IMG/VR virus record: IMGVR_UViG_3300033486_000002
Coordinates: 1 to 55,394 of that record
Source: a virus
Taxonomy: Duplodnaviria > Caudoviricetes
Direction: 5' to 3' (one strand)
DNA length: 55,394 bases
Within the stretch, counting starts at the first letter, position 1; every line of letters starts with the position of its first letter. The notes under the pieces are model-generated. The model searched no databases and was not told the DNA's origin. It was given only the letters and a program-made list of their open reading frames with translations. The translations under genes and the position numbers were made by a program. This document shows positions 45,554 to 55,118 of the stretch, piece by piece.

Positions 45554-47125
45554 GGCTGGCCTCCTTCGACGCAAGCAACTTGCCTGCGACGGCCACGAGG
45601 TAAGATTCTCCATTCACGCAACTAACCGCCCCGAGCAACCTCGTAGGAGACCCGTCCTCGGTGCGCCCCCAGTGAATCCCGTGTCTGTGGTGGCAGCACG
45701 GACACTCAACGAGCCCGCCTTCTTCGGGGGCGAGGGGTAGCGGTTGGAGTTCATCGTTGCCGAAGGCGACGAAAGGAAGGTCAGCCACGGCTGGCCTCCT
45801 CGAAGGCGCGGGCGAAGGCGGCGTCACGGTCGCGCCATCCGTCGGGCGTCCGGGTGCGCTCGCAGTCCTGGTCCCACAGTTCGTCTGAGCGCCGTCCCGC
45901 CGCGATGCCCTTGGCGATGCGGGCGTCACGGGTGCAGTCGCAGGGGCGCGGCTCCGGTCCCCACGTTGTAAGCCCGGCCTGAATTGTCGGACGATAGACG
46001 CTCGCGCATCCGTTGTCGTGCGGCACTCCCGCTACGAGCGCGGCGAGGTCGGGCGCGTCAGGCACGGGGCGCCGCCTCGGTGGCGTCCGGCTTCTTCGTC
46101 TGGATGTGCAGGCTGATGGTGCCCTTCTTGTCGTCGATCCAGGTGAACCGCTCCAGCGGCAGGCGCGCCGTCTCGGTCTGGTGCAGGACGCCTTCGGCGG
46201 CGCGCACCATCTGCTCGGTCGTTCGGGCCACGTCCAGCATCGTGCGGAACTCCCGGAGACAAGCACCGAGGCGCTTCTTCGGGACCTTGAGGAAGTCGCC
46301 GACCGTGCGAATCTCGTAGGTCGGGGCTGGCGCGTCACTCATCGCGTCCTCCCTCTGTGCGCGCGGGCTCCACGTAGGCGTCCAGCGCGGCGCGCAACGT
46401 GGGCGTCTCTGGCATCCACCTTCCGCCGACCAAGAAGCCCGGGTTGTCGGGGTCGCCGCTCCGGTGGATGACTGAGGCTGGCGGCCGCAGCACCCGTTCG
46501 AGCTTGTCGAGCCGCGCGCTATCGCGCTCGCCCTCCTCGGCGCGGCGGAGCGCGGCGGCCAGCTCACCGTTGCGCTCTGCGAGCGTCGCGCACAGGTCAT
46601 TGCGGATGCCTACCAGTTCGTCACACTCCATGAGCGCGTCGTCGCGTTCGGCCTGAAGTACGTCGCAACAGCCTGCGAGCCGTGCCCGTTCCGTCTCGCC
46701 AGCGAGGAAGTCGCGCTCCCGACCCGCTATCTGGGCGTCGCGTTCGGCCCGCAGCGCGAGCAGGGCGGCGGCGGCGTCTCGGAAGGCGTCGGCGCGGACC
46801 CGGTCGATGTTGTAAACGTCCGGCCGCTCGCGGATGCGAAGGATGTGCTCCTGCTCCTGTAGCGCCGCCACCAGCGCGTCCAGCGGCTCGCGCGCAGCAC
46901 CGGGCGCGGTCACCGGGACGCCCGCTTTGGCAGACGCACGAAATGCCCGGCTTGGACCGTCGCTCCCCCACAATAGCCGCACGGATCGGGATACGTGTTC
47001 ACTGTCTGGTTCCCCCCGGCGTAGAAGTGCGCGGCCGTTACGCGATGGCCCGGACAGCGCGGCGTGATGCGGCATCGCACGCGGCATCGCACGCGGTCAC
47101 CCGGCATCAGCGGCTTGCGCTTCAC
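45546..47125 (-). other. Run of five small coupled hypothetical early genes (approx. 45546-45788, 45781-46065, 46058-46342, 46335-46913, 46910-47125)
   Basis: Overlapping start/stop codons with GGAGG-type RBSs; several are Cys-rich. Confidence 0.6.
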
Positions 47126-48018
47126 GTTCTCTCCCTTGCTCGCTCGCGGGCCGCGTCCCACAGTCGAGTCACGGCCTTCACTCCGTAGACTTTCCGGTAA
47201 CCACTCAAGGCGGCCCGTTCGGCGTCTGTGGCGCGGGCGAGAGAGCCAACGTCAAATCCGAGATATGCCGCGAGATATATGTCGTCGGCGTCATTCACCG
47301 ACACGAAGGCGTCTTCGGCAAACGCCTTCCATCGCGCCGCGTCCTCGTCGCTCGGCTCCGGCGCGACGGGGGCGACACGACGGGTCCAGGCGACGATGGA
47401 GTGCTTTCCGATGGCGGGGCAGCCGAGTGCCGCGTGGATCGCGTGTCGCACGATACCGGGCTCGAACTCGTCGGCCTGCTCGTGCCCTCCGCAGAACGGG
47501 CACGGCAGCAGCGCCTCGCTCGGCGCGGACGGCGGGGGAGCGGACGGCGCTACTGGCGTATGGACGAGCGGTGCGATGTACCGCTCAAACTGGTCCGCAT
47601 CCATGCTCTCGGATTCCACGTCTGGCGCGACCAACGGAATAGGGTTGGGGTCGTCCCGGGCCGTTCCGGCGTCTGGCAAGGGCACCTCCGTTGGTGACCC
47701 CGCGTCCACTTTCCCCTCCGTCCCCTGCGGCTCGGCGAGGCGAACCAGCACGGCGTCGGCATCAGCCAGCCAGTTGTTCTCCGACGGCTCGCGCCCGGCC
47801 CGCATCAGCAGCGGCGAGTAGAGGCCACGCAGCGCCCTCGCCAGCGCCTCCCGCTCGACGGGCCGCGTGAGCGCGGCCGCGGCACGAAGGTCGCGGGCCT
47901 GCCGGTACATCTCGTTCATCGCAGGCGTCTCGTTCACGCCGTCAGTCACGTAGTCGGTGAACGCGCGCTCGCAGGCATCGCAGAGCGCCGTCAGCCGTTC
48001 CGCCAGCGTCTCAGCCAT
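47122..48018 (-). CDS. Mosaic early protein with Lar-like zinc motif
   Basis: LLPCPFCGG...C...WTRR pattern of Lar-family restriction-alleviation domains. Confidence 0.55.
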   Translation of the reverse strand: MAETLAERLTALCDACERAFTDYVTDGVNETPAMNEMYRQARDLRAAAALTRPVEREALARALRGLYSPLLMRAGREPSENNWLADADAVLVRLAEPQGTEGKVDAGSPTEVPLPDAGTARDDPNPIPLVAPDVESESMDADQFERYIAPLVHTPVAPSAPPPSAPSEALLPCPFCGGHEQADEFEPGIVRHAIHAALGCPAIGKHSIVAWTRRVAPVAPEPSDEDAARWKAFAEDAFVSVNDADDIYLAAYLGFDVGSLARATDAERAALSGYRKVYGVKAVTRLWDAARERARERT

Positions 48019-50285
48019 CGGAGCCTTCCTTCTCGCGCAGCAGGGCGCGCAGACGACGACGGGCACGGGCTTCGTCGGCCTTCGCGAGTGGCAACGATCC
48101 CGCCGACCTCTGCAAGTCGAGAAGCAGCCGTCCGATGCGTGCCCGCGCCCCTGCGAGGTTCTCGACCTGGCGCATCACGCGCCGTACCCACGGGCCGTCA
48201 GCCATCGGAACCTCCCGTGGCGGTGCCGCCGCGAAGGACACGCGCCTTCGCGTGCTCGCCTGGCATCTTGTCCATCTCGCCTACCTCGGCGTAGAAGTCC
48301 GCCGCCGCGTCGCAGTCCTTCGCCAGCCGTTCCCGCTCGGCGCGCTCGGCGTCGGACAGGGTCAGCGCAGACGCAACCTCGCGGGCCGTCCGCATCAGGC
48401 GTTGCGCCGCCAAGTCCGCTTGGTCGAGCGTTGCGTTGTCGTAGGCCGCGCAGTCCTGTAGCAGCCGTTCCGCCAGCGTGGGCGCGCTCACTTCGCACCA
48501 CGGGCGAGGCGACAAAGGTAGGCGCGGAAGCGCCCCGGCTCGCCCGGTTCGTGCGACCAATGCGTGATGTCTGGCACTGTCGCCGCGCACACCTTCAGCA
48601 CGCCGCGACGCGCCGCGTACTCACCGAACGTCGGCGCCTCCGGCCCGAGTCGCAGCCACGCGAGGTAGATGTCGTCCAGCAGGTCGGCGTTCACGTTGCG
48701 CTTCGGCTTCTTCGGCTTCACTTGCACCTCTGCTCGGCGCGGTCGAGGCACGCATTCACGCCCGCCCAATTACCGTGTGCCGGTACGCGGCCGTAGGCCG
48801 TCTCAGCCAGCTCGGCCGCGTCCTCCAAGTCCTCACGCCAGACTACCACGCAGTAGCGCGGCAGAATCGCGCGAGCCAACCAGATGCGGAGATTCACTTG
48901 CCCTCCTTCGGCATCGCGTCCACGGCGGCGGCGAGCCTCTGCTCGGGTTCGTCGGTGAATGTGCCTGCGAAGTATTCCCGCCACGCCAGCGCCGCCGCGA
49001 CGACGGGCGCCTGCGCCGCAAGACGCGAGTTCGCCGCCCGGAGCGCCAACATGGCCCCGTCGATTTCGCTCTCTGCGTCCTCTAGGTCGCGCGCCAGAGA
49101 CTCAATCCCCCGCTCCGCCGCAGCGAGCGTTGCCATCGGCGTAGCCGCGCAGGCATAGAGTTCCACGCACAGGGCCTTGAGGTTCTCGGTGCGTTCGCGC
49201 AGGTCCGCGCGCAGGGCGTCAGTCATCGTCAACCTTCTTAGAGAACTTCGCTCCCCATTCCTCCGCGAAGGCCGTCGCGCGCCACGCAGGCACCAGAACG
49301 AATCGGACGAGCGCCCAGAGCGGCAAGGCGACCGGCCATACAGCGCCAAAAGCCAGAGCGTCGCAGTCTCCCCCACACGAGCACGGTCCCCATCGCTTCT
49401 TCGCCCAGCCGCGCACAGCCCGCGCCACGAAGACGTATCCCCAGATGAGGAGCGGGATAGCGGTTCCGAAAAGCCACATCTTGCTCATCGTTCCCCCAGC
49501 GCGGCGCTCGGGCCGCAGCGATCCCATGCCTTCTGCATCCGCACACGATCCAGCACACACTTGCGGCAGATTGGGCGGCCCTGCGAGAACGCAGCCACGG
49601 CACCTGCCTTCTGTTTACGGCAACTGGCGCAGACCCAGAGCCGACCTCGCTTCCGGACACTCACCGTTGAATCTCCCACGGGAAAACAGTCGGCGTGTTG
49701 GGGTATACGCATGACAGTTTCACACGTCCCCGTTCGTGTTCCGCTGCTCGCCGCGCCTCGTCGCGCTCGCGCTCCAGCCGCTCGACCTCGGCGGCCAGTG
49801 CGTCACCTGCGACCCGCAACTTGCAGATGTAGCACGGGCAACCATCCACCGGGTTCCAGGGCAACGCGCGCCACGCCGCCACGGCGTCGCTACGCGGAGG
49901 GGTCACGGGCACCTCGGACGGCCCGCTTGCGCCCTCCGTGTTACGCAGCGTGCCCATTTCGGGTACAATCGTGCCCACTTTGGGTACGGTCGGCTCAGTC
50001 ATCGAACTCTCCGGTCTCGTACATCGCCGCAATCAGACCCGCTGAGATGACCCGGCAGTCGTCACCCTCGCGTGTGAGGTCCCAGAAGAAGGCCCCGTCG
50101 TGGTCTGGACGAAATGTCCTTGCGGCCCGGAAACAGTCTTCCATTGATGGGGCCGCCGCGCAGAGGCCCAGAGGGCGCTGCGAAGTTGCCCCTACGAGTT
50201 CACCGTCGAACCCGACCTTGTCCTCGAAGTAGCGGGCAACTTCCCGCCACTTGGCCGCGTGCGCGGCCCGCTCACGCTTCGTCAT
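48011..50285 (-). other. Run of about nine small coupled hypothetical early genes, including a two-TM protein (49219-49488)
   Basis: Chain of GTGA/ATGA and 8-nt overlaps; no recognisable domains. Confidence 0.55.
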
Positions 50286-51016
50286 CGTGTGGCCTGGGGG
50301 TTGAGCCAGTCGTTCGCCTCGTAGACGGGTCGCAGGCTTTCCGGGGTCACCGTGCCGTCGAGGTACTGGAACAGGCGAACGGTGATAGCGGCCCGCGCAG
50401 CGGCCCGCGCAGCGGCCCGCGCAGCGGCCCCCGCAGCGTCCCACGCAGCGGCCCGCGCAGCGTCCCACGCAGCGGCCCGCGCAGCGTCCCGCGCAGCGTC
50501 CCACGCAGCGTCCCGCGCAGCGTCCCACGCAGCGGCCCGCGCAGCGTCCCCCGCAGCGTCCCCCGCAGCGGCCCGCGCAGCGGCCCCCGCAGCGTCCCAC
50601 GCAGCGTCCCGTTCCGTGTCCGTGGCGAGTCCGTACGCGTAGCGGCGTGCTGTCCGCACCGCATCCCACGGCCTGCGATCCTGCCCTCTCCAACGGAGTG
50701 CTAGCGCGCGTTCGGCCACGTCGCAGGCGAGTAGGCGTGCGGTCGTCTCGTTCCAGGTGGTGAGTTGCCGTGTGATTCGCGCCTCGCTCACCACCACCTT
50801 GTCGTCGCAGTCAAGCCGTTCGCCGCGCCATTCGGCCAGCCAGATTTCGGCCTTGAGCCAAGCCAGCAAGTCCTTGCGGCGGCAGAGATGGAAGCCGTGT
50901 TGACAGGCCACGAGCGGCGGGGTAACGGAATACCACTTACCGGGGGTCCACGTCAGCGACCCGCCGTTGCAGGAGCGCCGTCCCGTCCCGAGTACCTTGT
51001 ATAGTTGCTCAGTCAT
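50282..51016 (-). CDS. Phage protein with AA(W/R/G)(D/A) tetrapeptide repeat
   Basis: N-terminal YKVL...C..GFHLC...DKVV domain followed by about 18 four-residue repeats. Confidence 0.8.
   Translation of the reverse strand: MTEQLYKVLGTGRRSCNGGSLTWTPGKWYSVTPPLVACQHGFHLCRRKDLLAWLKAEIWLAEWRGERLDCDDKVVVSEARITRQLTTWNETTARLLACDVAERALALRWRGQDRRPWDAVRTARRYAYGLATDTERDAAWDAAGAAARAAAGDAAGDAARAAAWDAARDAAWDAARDAARAAAWDAARAAAWDAAGAAARAAARAAARAAITVRLFQYLDGTVTPESLRPVYEANDWLNPQATR
50387..50611. repeat. 12-bp tandem repeat array (~18-19 units)
   Basis: Unit GCAGCG(G/T)CCC(G/A/C)C read directly from the sequence. Confidence 0.92.
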
Positions 51017-51239
51017 CGCGCGCCTCCTCGAAGTCGAACCGCTCGCATACGTCGTTCACCACCGCCTCAACCACGAACGGAGCCACGCGATCTAACTCAG
51101 TCTCCGATGGCCCAGCGTCCTCATGCTTGTAGGCTCGCCGCAGCCCGTAGGCGACGCCGCTCTCGACGGCGTCCTCCAGCACGGGGTACGCTCGGGCGAC
51201 CATCGCGCCGCCACGCACGCGCGGCTTGCGGGCGGTCAT
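51009..51239 (-). CDS. Small hypothetical protein
   Basis: 76 aa, coupled to neighbours; AVE.GVAYG.RRAYKH pattern. Confidence 0.6.
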   Translation of the reverse strand: MTARKPRVRGGAMVARAYPVLEDAVESGVAYGLRRAYKHEDAGPSETELDRVAPFVVEAVVNDVCERFDFEEARDD

Positions 51240-51378
51240 CGTCCGAGCCAGTACGCGTAAGCCACCACTTCACTCGACAGCCAGAAGGCGAACACAACCC
51301 AGAAGAGTCGCACGATGTAATTCGTTACGGTGTCTAGCACGGTCGCCCATGCAACTAAGTCTTCGCGCATGTCTTCTC

Positions 51379-52020
51379 CTAGTAGCCGATGAGCTTGCCC
51401 TTGGCGATCAGCCGGGTGCCGAACAGGCTCCCGAGCATATGTCCCGCGTCGAGTGTGACGGTCGGCACCGGCTTGTCGCTGGCGATGGCGGCTTCCATCT
51501 CGTCGCCGCACTCCTTGATGGCGCGGCGGGTGGCCTTGAGTGCCCAATCCAACGACTCGTCGGCGGCGGCTTCCAGCGCCTTCACCTTGGCGTACTGCGT
51601 CAGTGCGGGCGCCTGCGCTGACGCGGCGGCGGGCGCGGACGCGGGTGTCTCGGGTAGCGCCTGCTCGTCGTCCGGCCAGCCGTGTTCGGGCGCCATCTCG
51701 GTCTTGCTGGTCTTCGCGCCCGCCTCCTGCTTGCGGACCACGACCCACCAAGACGCCCCCTTGTCGGGCGAACGGTAGGACTGCACGTCCGCGCCGTCAG
51801 GCCCCTTGCGCGTTTCGGGCGTCCAACCCGCGCGCACCAGGTCGGCGGCGAGGTCCACGGGCACGTAGATGCTGGCGAGGTCGGCGGGTGTCTTGCTCGT
51901 GCCCTTGACCTCGCCCTTGAGGCGCAGTTGCTCCCCGTACTGTCCGCTGACCACGTCCACGTAGACGGGGCGAATGGTAGCGGGCACGTTGGGGGCAAGC
52001 TTCACGACGACGGGCGGCAT
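51379..52020 (-). CDS. Hypothetical protein, possibly ssDNA-binding/recombination related
   Basis: GGAGG RBS before MPPVVVKL; beta-rich N-terminus with GQYGEQ, A/P linker; function is a guess. Confidence 0.45.
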   Translation of the reverse strand: MPPVVVKLAPNVPATIRPVYVDVVSGQYGEQLRLKGEVKGTSKTPADLASIYVPVDLAADLVRAGWTPETRKGPDGADVQSYRSPDKGASWWVVVRKQEAGAKTSKTEMAPEHGWPDDEQALPETPASAPAAASAQAPALTQYAKVKALEAAADESLDWALKATRRAIKECGDEMEAAIASDKPVPTVTLDAGHMLGSLFGTRLIAKGKLIGY

Positions 52021-52162
52021 TCGACCTCCATCATGTAAGCGTTCATTCCTTCCTCCATCACCTGCGCGCACGGCGCGCAGACATGCAGCGTCAGACACGA
52101 GCAGACCGCGTCGGCGCTATGGCAGTTCTCGCAGCACTCGCGGGTGTCAATCTCCTCGGGCA

Positions 52163-52714
52163 TCATCGTGCGATCTCCCAGAGCACGGCGCCCGCGAGCG
52201 CGCCGTATGCGAGTGTGCGTAGCGTGTGCGTGTGCGGTACGGCGGGTGCGGTCACTGCGCTAGTTGCGAGTCGGCGCCAGTCCGCTAACAGGCGCTCGTA
52301 GTCTTTGCGCCGCACCTCCGCGAGGGAATCCCGAGCGGCGCACTCGGCTACTAGGCTGTCCACGCGGGCCTGCGCGGTTGCCAACGTCGTCTCCAGCCCA
52401 TCCAGCAGGCGCTGGGCCGTCGTGTCCGGGACAAGGAGGCGCAGGGTGTCCACTTGTGCCGTCCCCGAGGAGATCGTGTGTCTCAGGGCATTCTGGAGCG
52501 CCTGAACGCGCTCGCCCCGGTGTGTCATCTCCTCTTCGAGTAGACTGTCTCGCGCCATTGCCCACGCGTAGCGGGCGTTCAGTAGTCGTACCGAGTCGGT
52601 AAGGACAGCCGACCGTTGCCGTATGGCGCGTGCCTCGCGCCCGCCAGCGCCGTAGGCCAGCACGCCGACCGCGAGCGCGAGGCACAGGCTGATGACCTCC
52701 TCTCGGTTAGTCAC
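52163..52714 (-). CDS. Membrane-anchored coiled-coil protein, spanin-like
   Basis: N-terminal TM, long heptad region, C-terminal hydrophobic LAYGALAGAVLW. Confidence 0.55.
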   Translation of the reverse strand: MTNREEVISLCLALAVGVLAYGAGGREARAIRQRSAVLTDSVRLLNARYAWAMARDSLLEEEMTHRGERVQALQNALRHTISSGTAQVDTLRLLVPDTTAQRLLDGLETTLATAQARVDSLVAECAARDSLAEVRRKDYERLLADWRRLATSAVTAPAVPHTHTLRTLAYGALAGAVLWEIAR

Positions 52715-53061
52715 TCGGGGGCTACCATGTCGAGCGTCACACCGACGGGCAGGTGCCACAGGTGGCGCTCCAAGAGGAACGCCAGCACTTCCCGGTATCC
52801 GCCGAGCACGTAGGGGGTGTGGCAGGCGGTGGTGAGGCTCTGAAAGACCTTCTGCGCGTCGGACTGCCTACCCCGGCGTGCCTTCGCCTCGACCCAGAAC
52901 GCCACGCCCTCCTCAGGGTGGAAGTATAGTCGGTCAGGAATGCCGGGGGTTTGGTTGCTCGCACGCGCCTGCGAGAAGTGGATCGACACGCATCCCGCCA
53001 TCGCGCACAGATTGTCGATGCGGGCGACGACCAGCTTCTCGGGGCTCCGGCGGTATCTCAT
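52711..53061 (-). CDS. VRR-NUC family (PD-(D/E)xK) nuclease
   Basis: GIPDR...FWVEAK...GRQSDAQKVF. Confidence 0.85.
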   Translation of the reverse strand: MRYRRSPEKLVVARIDNLCAMAGCVSIHFSQARASNQTPGIPDRLYFHPEEGVAFWVEAKARRGRQSDAQKVFQSLTTACHTPYVLGGYREVLAFLLERHLWHLPVGVTLDMVAPE

Positions 53062-53399
53062 TCGGGCCACTCCCCTAGCGTGAACGTGATGCCGAGGCGT
53101 CGGCACACGCGGTTGGCGGTACTTACGAGCGCCGCAACGTGCGCGTTCTCCATCCGCCGCCACTGCGCGTCGCCCATCCCGCAGTACTGTGCGGCTTGGG
53201 AGATGGTCCAGCCGCGCCGTTCGCGTTCGCTGGCGAGCGCATCGCCGAACGCTTGGACGACGTACCACCCGCTCGTGCCGCGTTTGCGGCGGTTGAGCGG
53301 GCGGCGTTGGCGCAGGAGCGACGGCGCTGGCGGGGCGCCTGAGGGTGCTACTGAGGTTCCGGTACTCTGTATCGAGCATCGGGGTGGCTCAGGGGGCAT
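53058..53399 (-). CDS. XRE-family helix-turn-helix regulator
   Basis: FGDALASERERRGWTISQAAQYCGM....WRRMEN...VCRRLG. Confidence 0.75.
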   Translation of the reverse strand: MPPEPPRCSIQSTGTSVAPSGAPPAPSLLRQRRPLNRRKRGTSGWYVVQAFGDALASERERRGWTISQAAQYCGMGDAQWRRMENAHVAALVSTANRVCRRLGITFTLGEWPE

Positions 53400-53464
53400 C
53401 ACCTCCTTGGGTTGAGGCCCCACCTCAGGCGCCGCGCCAAACGTCGGTACATAGGGGCGACGAC

Positions 53465-53746
53465 TCACGCGCGGAGCCTCGCCAGAACAGCATCCTCCGG
53501 CACAAGGTAGCACCCGTCGCCGAGTGCGCGCGGGGCCTCGCTCTTGGCCCACGCGGCTAGGAGTACCCAGTCGCCTACGGCCAGCCCCGGCACGCATCCG
53601 CTACCCACGGCCACGACTTCGGCCTGGTCCCGTGCCCAGCCGTCGCGCACGGTAGGCGGGATGACGATGTGCGGCGCCTCGGACGATGTCTCGTCCGTCT
53701 CGATGGGTCGGACGACTACGCGCTTGCCGAGCACGCGGTAGTTCAT
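53465..53746 (-). CDS. groES: GroES-like co-chaperonin
   Basis: RVLGKRVVVRP, IVIP, EVVAVGSG, VGDWVL, LVPEDAVLA. Confidence 0.85.
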   Translation of the reverse strand: MNYRVLGKRVVVRPIETDETSSEAPHIVIPPTVRDGWARDQAEVVAVGSGCVPGLAVGDWVLLAAWAKSEAPRALGDGCYLVPEDAVLARLRA

Positions 53747-53753
53747 ACCGCAC

Positions 53754-53785
53754 ACAGTAGTCCGCGCACGCGAGCGTGTCAAGAG
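53754..53785 (-). promoter_or_regulatory. Conserved phage promoter copy 3 (drives the groES operon)
   Basis: CTC-TTGACA-N17(...GCGTGCGCGGAC)-TACTGT; ATG 7 nt downstream. Confidence 0.75.
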
Positions 53786-54138
53786 GCTGGTCGCCAGCAC
53801 TGGCCCATGCCCATGTTGAGCCAGTCCTTCGCCGTGGTGTTCGTGTTCGCCCGCCAGCCAGCGGGGAGATGCTTGAACGGATCAGCCTGAATCGCCAACG
53901 TTAGCCGTAGTTCCTTGGCGAGTTCATCTGCGAGCGTCACGCCATCCGGCTTGTAGTGGAACGCGTCGTCAAGCACCTGAAACTCGACGGCCGGAAGACG
54001 CCAAGCCTTGCGGCGGTTGCTCCACTCAACTCTCCACGCCTTGCGCGGGCCGATGACCGCCCAATAGGTCGGGCGCGTACGGGGAACAGCCCTGCCGGTC
54101 CACTGGTCCCGGTCGAATCGTTTGAAGAACATCCCCAT
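53779..54138 (-). CDS. Hypothetical protein, Trp-rich
   Basis: 119 aa with AGGGGGA RBS. Confidence 0.55.
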   Translation of the reverse strand: MGMFFKRFDRDQWTGRAVPRTRPTYWAVIGPRKAWRVEWSNRRKAWRLPAVEFQVLDDAFHYKPDGVTLADELAKELRLTLAIQADPFKHLPAGWRANTNTTAKDWLNMGMGQCWRPAS

Positions 54139-54150
54139 CGTTCCCCCTAG

Positions 54151-54477
54151 CTAGTTGCCCGCTCGCAAGCTGGCGAGCGCGTAGTCCACGCGCAGGCGCA
54201 GGGACTCGGCGTCCGCGTGGAGGATGTCCCTCTGGTGTGCGGCCTCGACCGCGGCGTGCTCCGCCGCAAGGTAGTCGGTGTGCGTACGCGCGGCTTCGTC
54301 CGCCGCAGTAGCACTCCAGGGCTTGCCGGTGGCGGGATTGGGCTCACGGATCATGTCCGCGACGATGCGCGAGCGCGTCAGGCGGCGCTGCACGTCGGAC
54401 TCGGCGGCGCTCGCGCCCGCGTCGGCGGCGGCGTAGCGCGCGGCCTGTAGGTCGGCTATGAGTTGTTCGACTGACAC
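54151..54477 (-). CDS. Helical hypothetical protein
   Basis: GAGGAGG RBS; all-alpha pattern. Confidence 0.6.
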   Translation of the reverse strand: MSVEQLIADLQAARYAAADAGASAAESDVQRRLTRSRIVADMIREPNPATGKPWSATAADEAARTHTDYLAAEHAAVEAAHQRDILHADAESLRLRVDYALASLRAGN

Positions 54478-54789
54478 GGGTCCTCCTCGGTGTAGCGTTC
54501 GGCCCAGCGCGCGAAGAAACGTAGGGCGTCGGTGTAGTCGCCGCAGTCGGCGCGTAGCGCCCCGCCGCGCGCGGTCACGATGTAGCGTTCCCGCTCGTCG
54601 CCATTGGGGCGGCGTTCGACGCGCACGCGCAGGCTGACGGCGGGCTCAGTCACGGGCGTAGGCGCGGGCGAGCGAGGCCACCAGCCATGCGGGCGTGATG
54701 TAGCTGTCGCCCATGAGCCACCACAGCGCCAGCGTCCGCGTAATGCGCCCGCCGGGGTCGGCGTAGGCGACGGCGTAGGCGCTAGTCAT
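54456..54789 (-). other. Two small coupled hypothetical genes (54456-54653, 54646-54789)
   Basis: 8-nt overlaps with neighbours. Confidence 0.45.
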
Positions 54790-55117
54790 CGGTCCCCCTG
54801 GCCTTGGCGAGCGCGGCGCGCACGGTCGCAATCGTCGGCTCGGGCCCGCTCGGGCCACGGTTCGGGTCGGTTAGTTCGCCTAGCGCCGCTTGGCACGCGG
54901 CGAGGAGGTCCGGCGCGGACGCTATCAGGCGAGCGTTGGCGTCCAACTCCGCGTCTGTGTGTGCGCTCCGGTCTGTGCCCCCGCGCGTGAATGCCCCGGT
55001 GCGAAAGGGCGTGCGAATCGGCACGTAGCCCCCGTGCTTGCTGGCGACGTATAAGTCGCCCTCTAGTCCGTGCGTGACCCGCCACGGTCCCGGCGTGTGC
55101 TGCGCTTGCGGTGCCAT
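54782..55117 (-). CDS. Phage protein of the HTPGPW...ANARLIAxAPDLL type
   Basis: HTPGPWRV and ANARLIASAPDLLAAC motifs; GGAGGG RBS. Confidence 0.75.
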   Translation of the reverse strand: MAPQAQHTPGPWRVTHGLEGDLYVASKHGGYVPIRTPFRTGAFTRGGTDRSAHTDAELDANARLIASAPDLLAACQAALGELTDPNRGPSGPEPTIATVRAALAKARGTDD

Positions 55118-55118
55118 C

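Noticed and set aside
50387-50611. CRISPR array
   Set aside because: Contiguous 12-bp coding repeats with no spacers; no cas genes seen.
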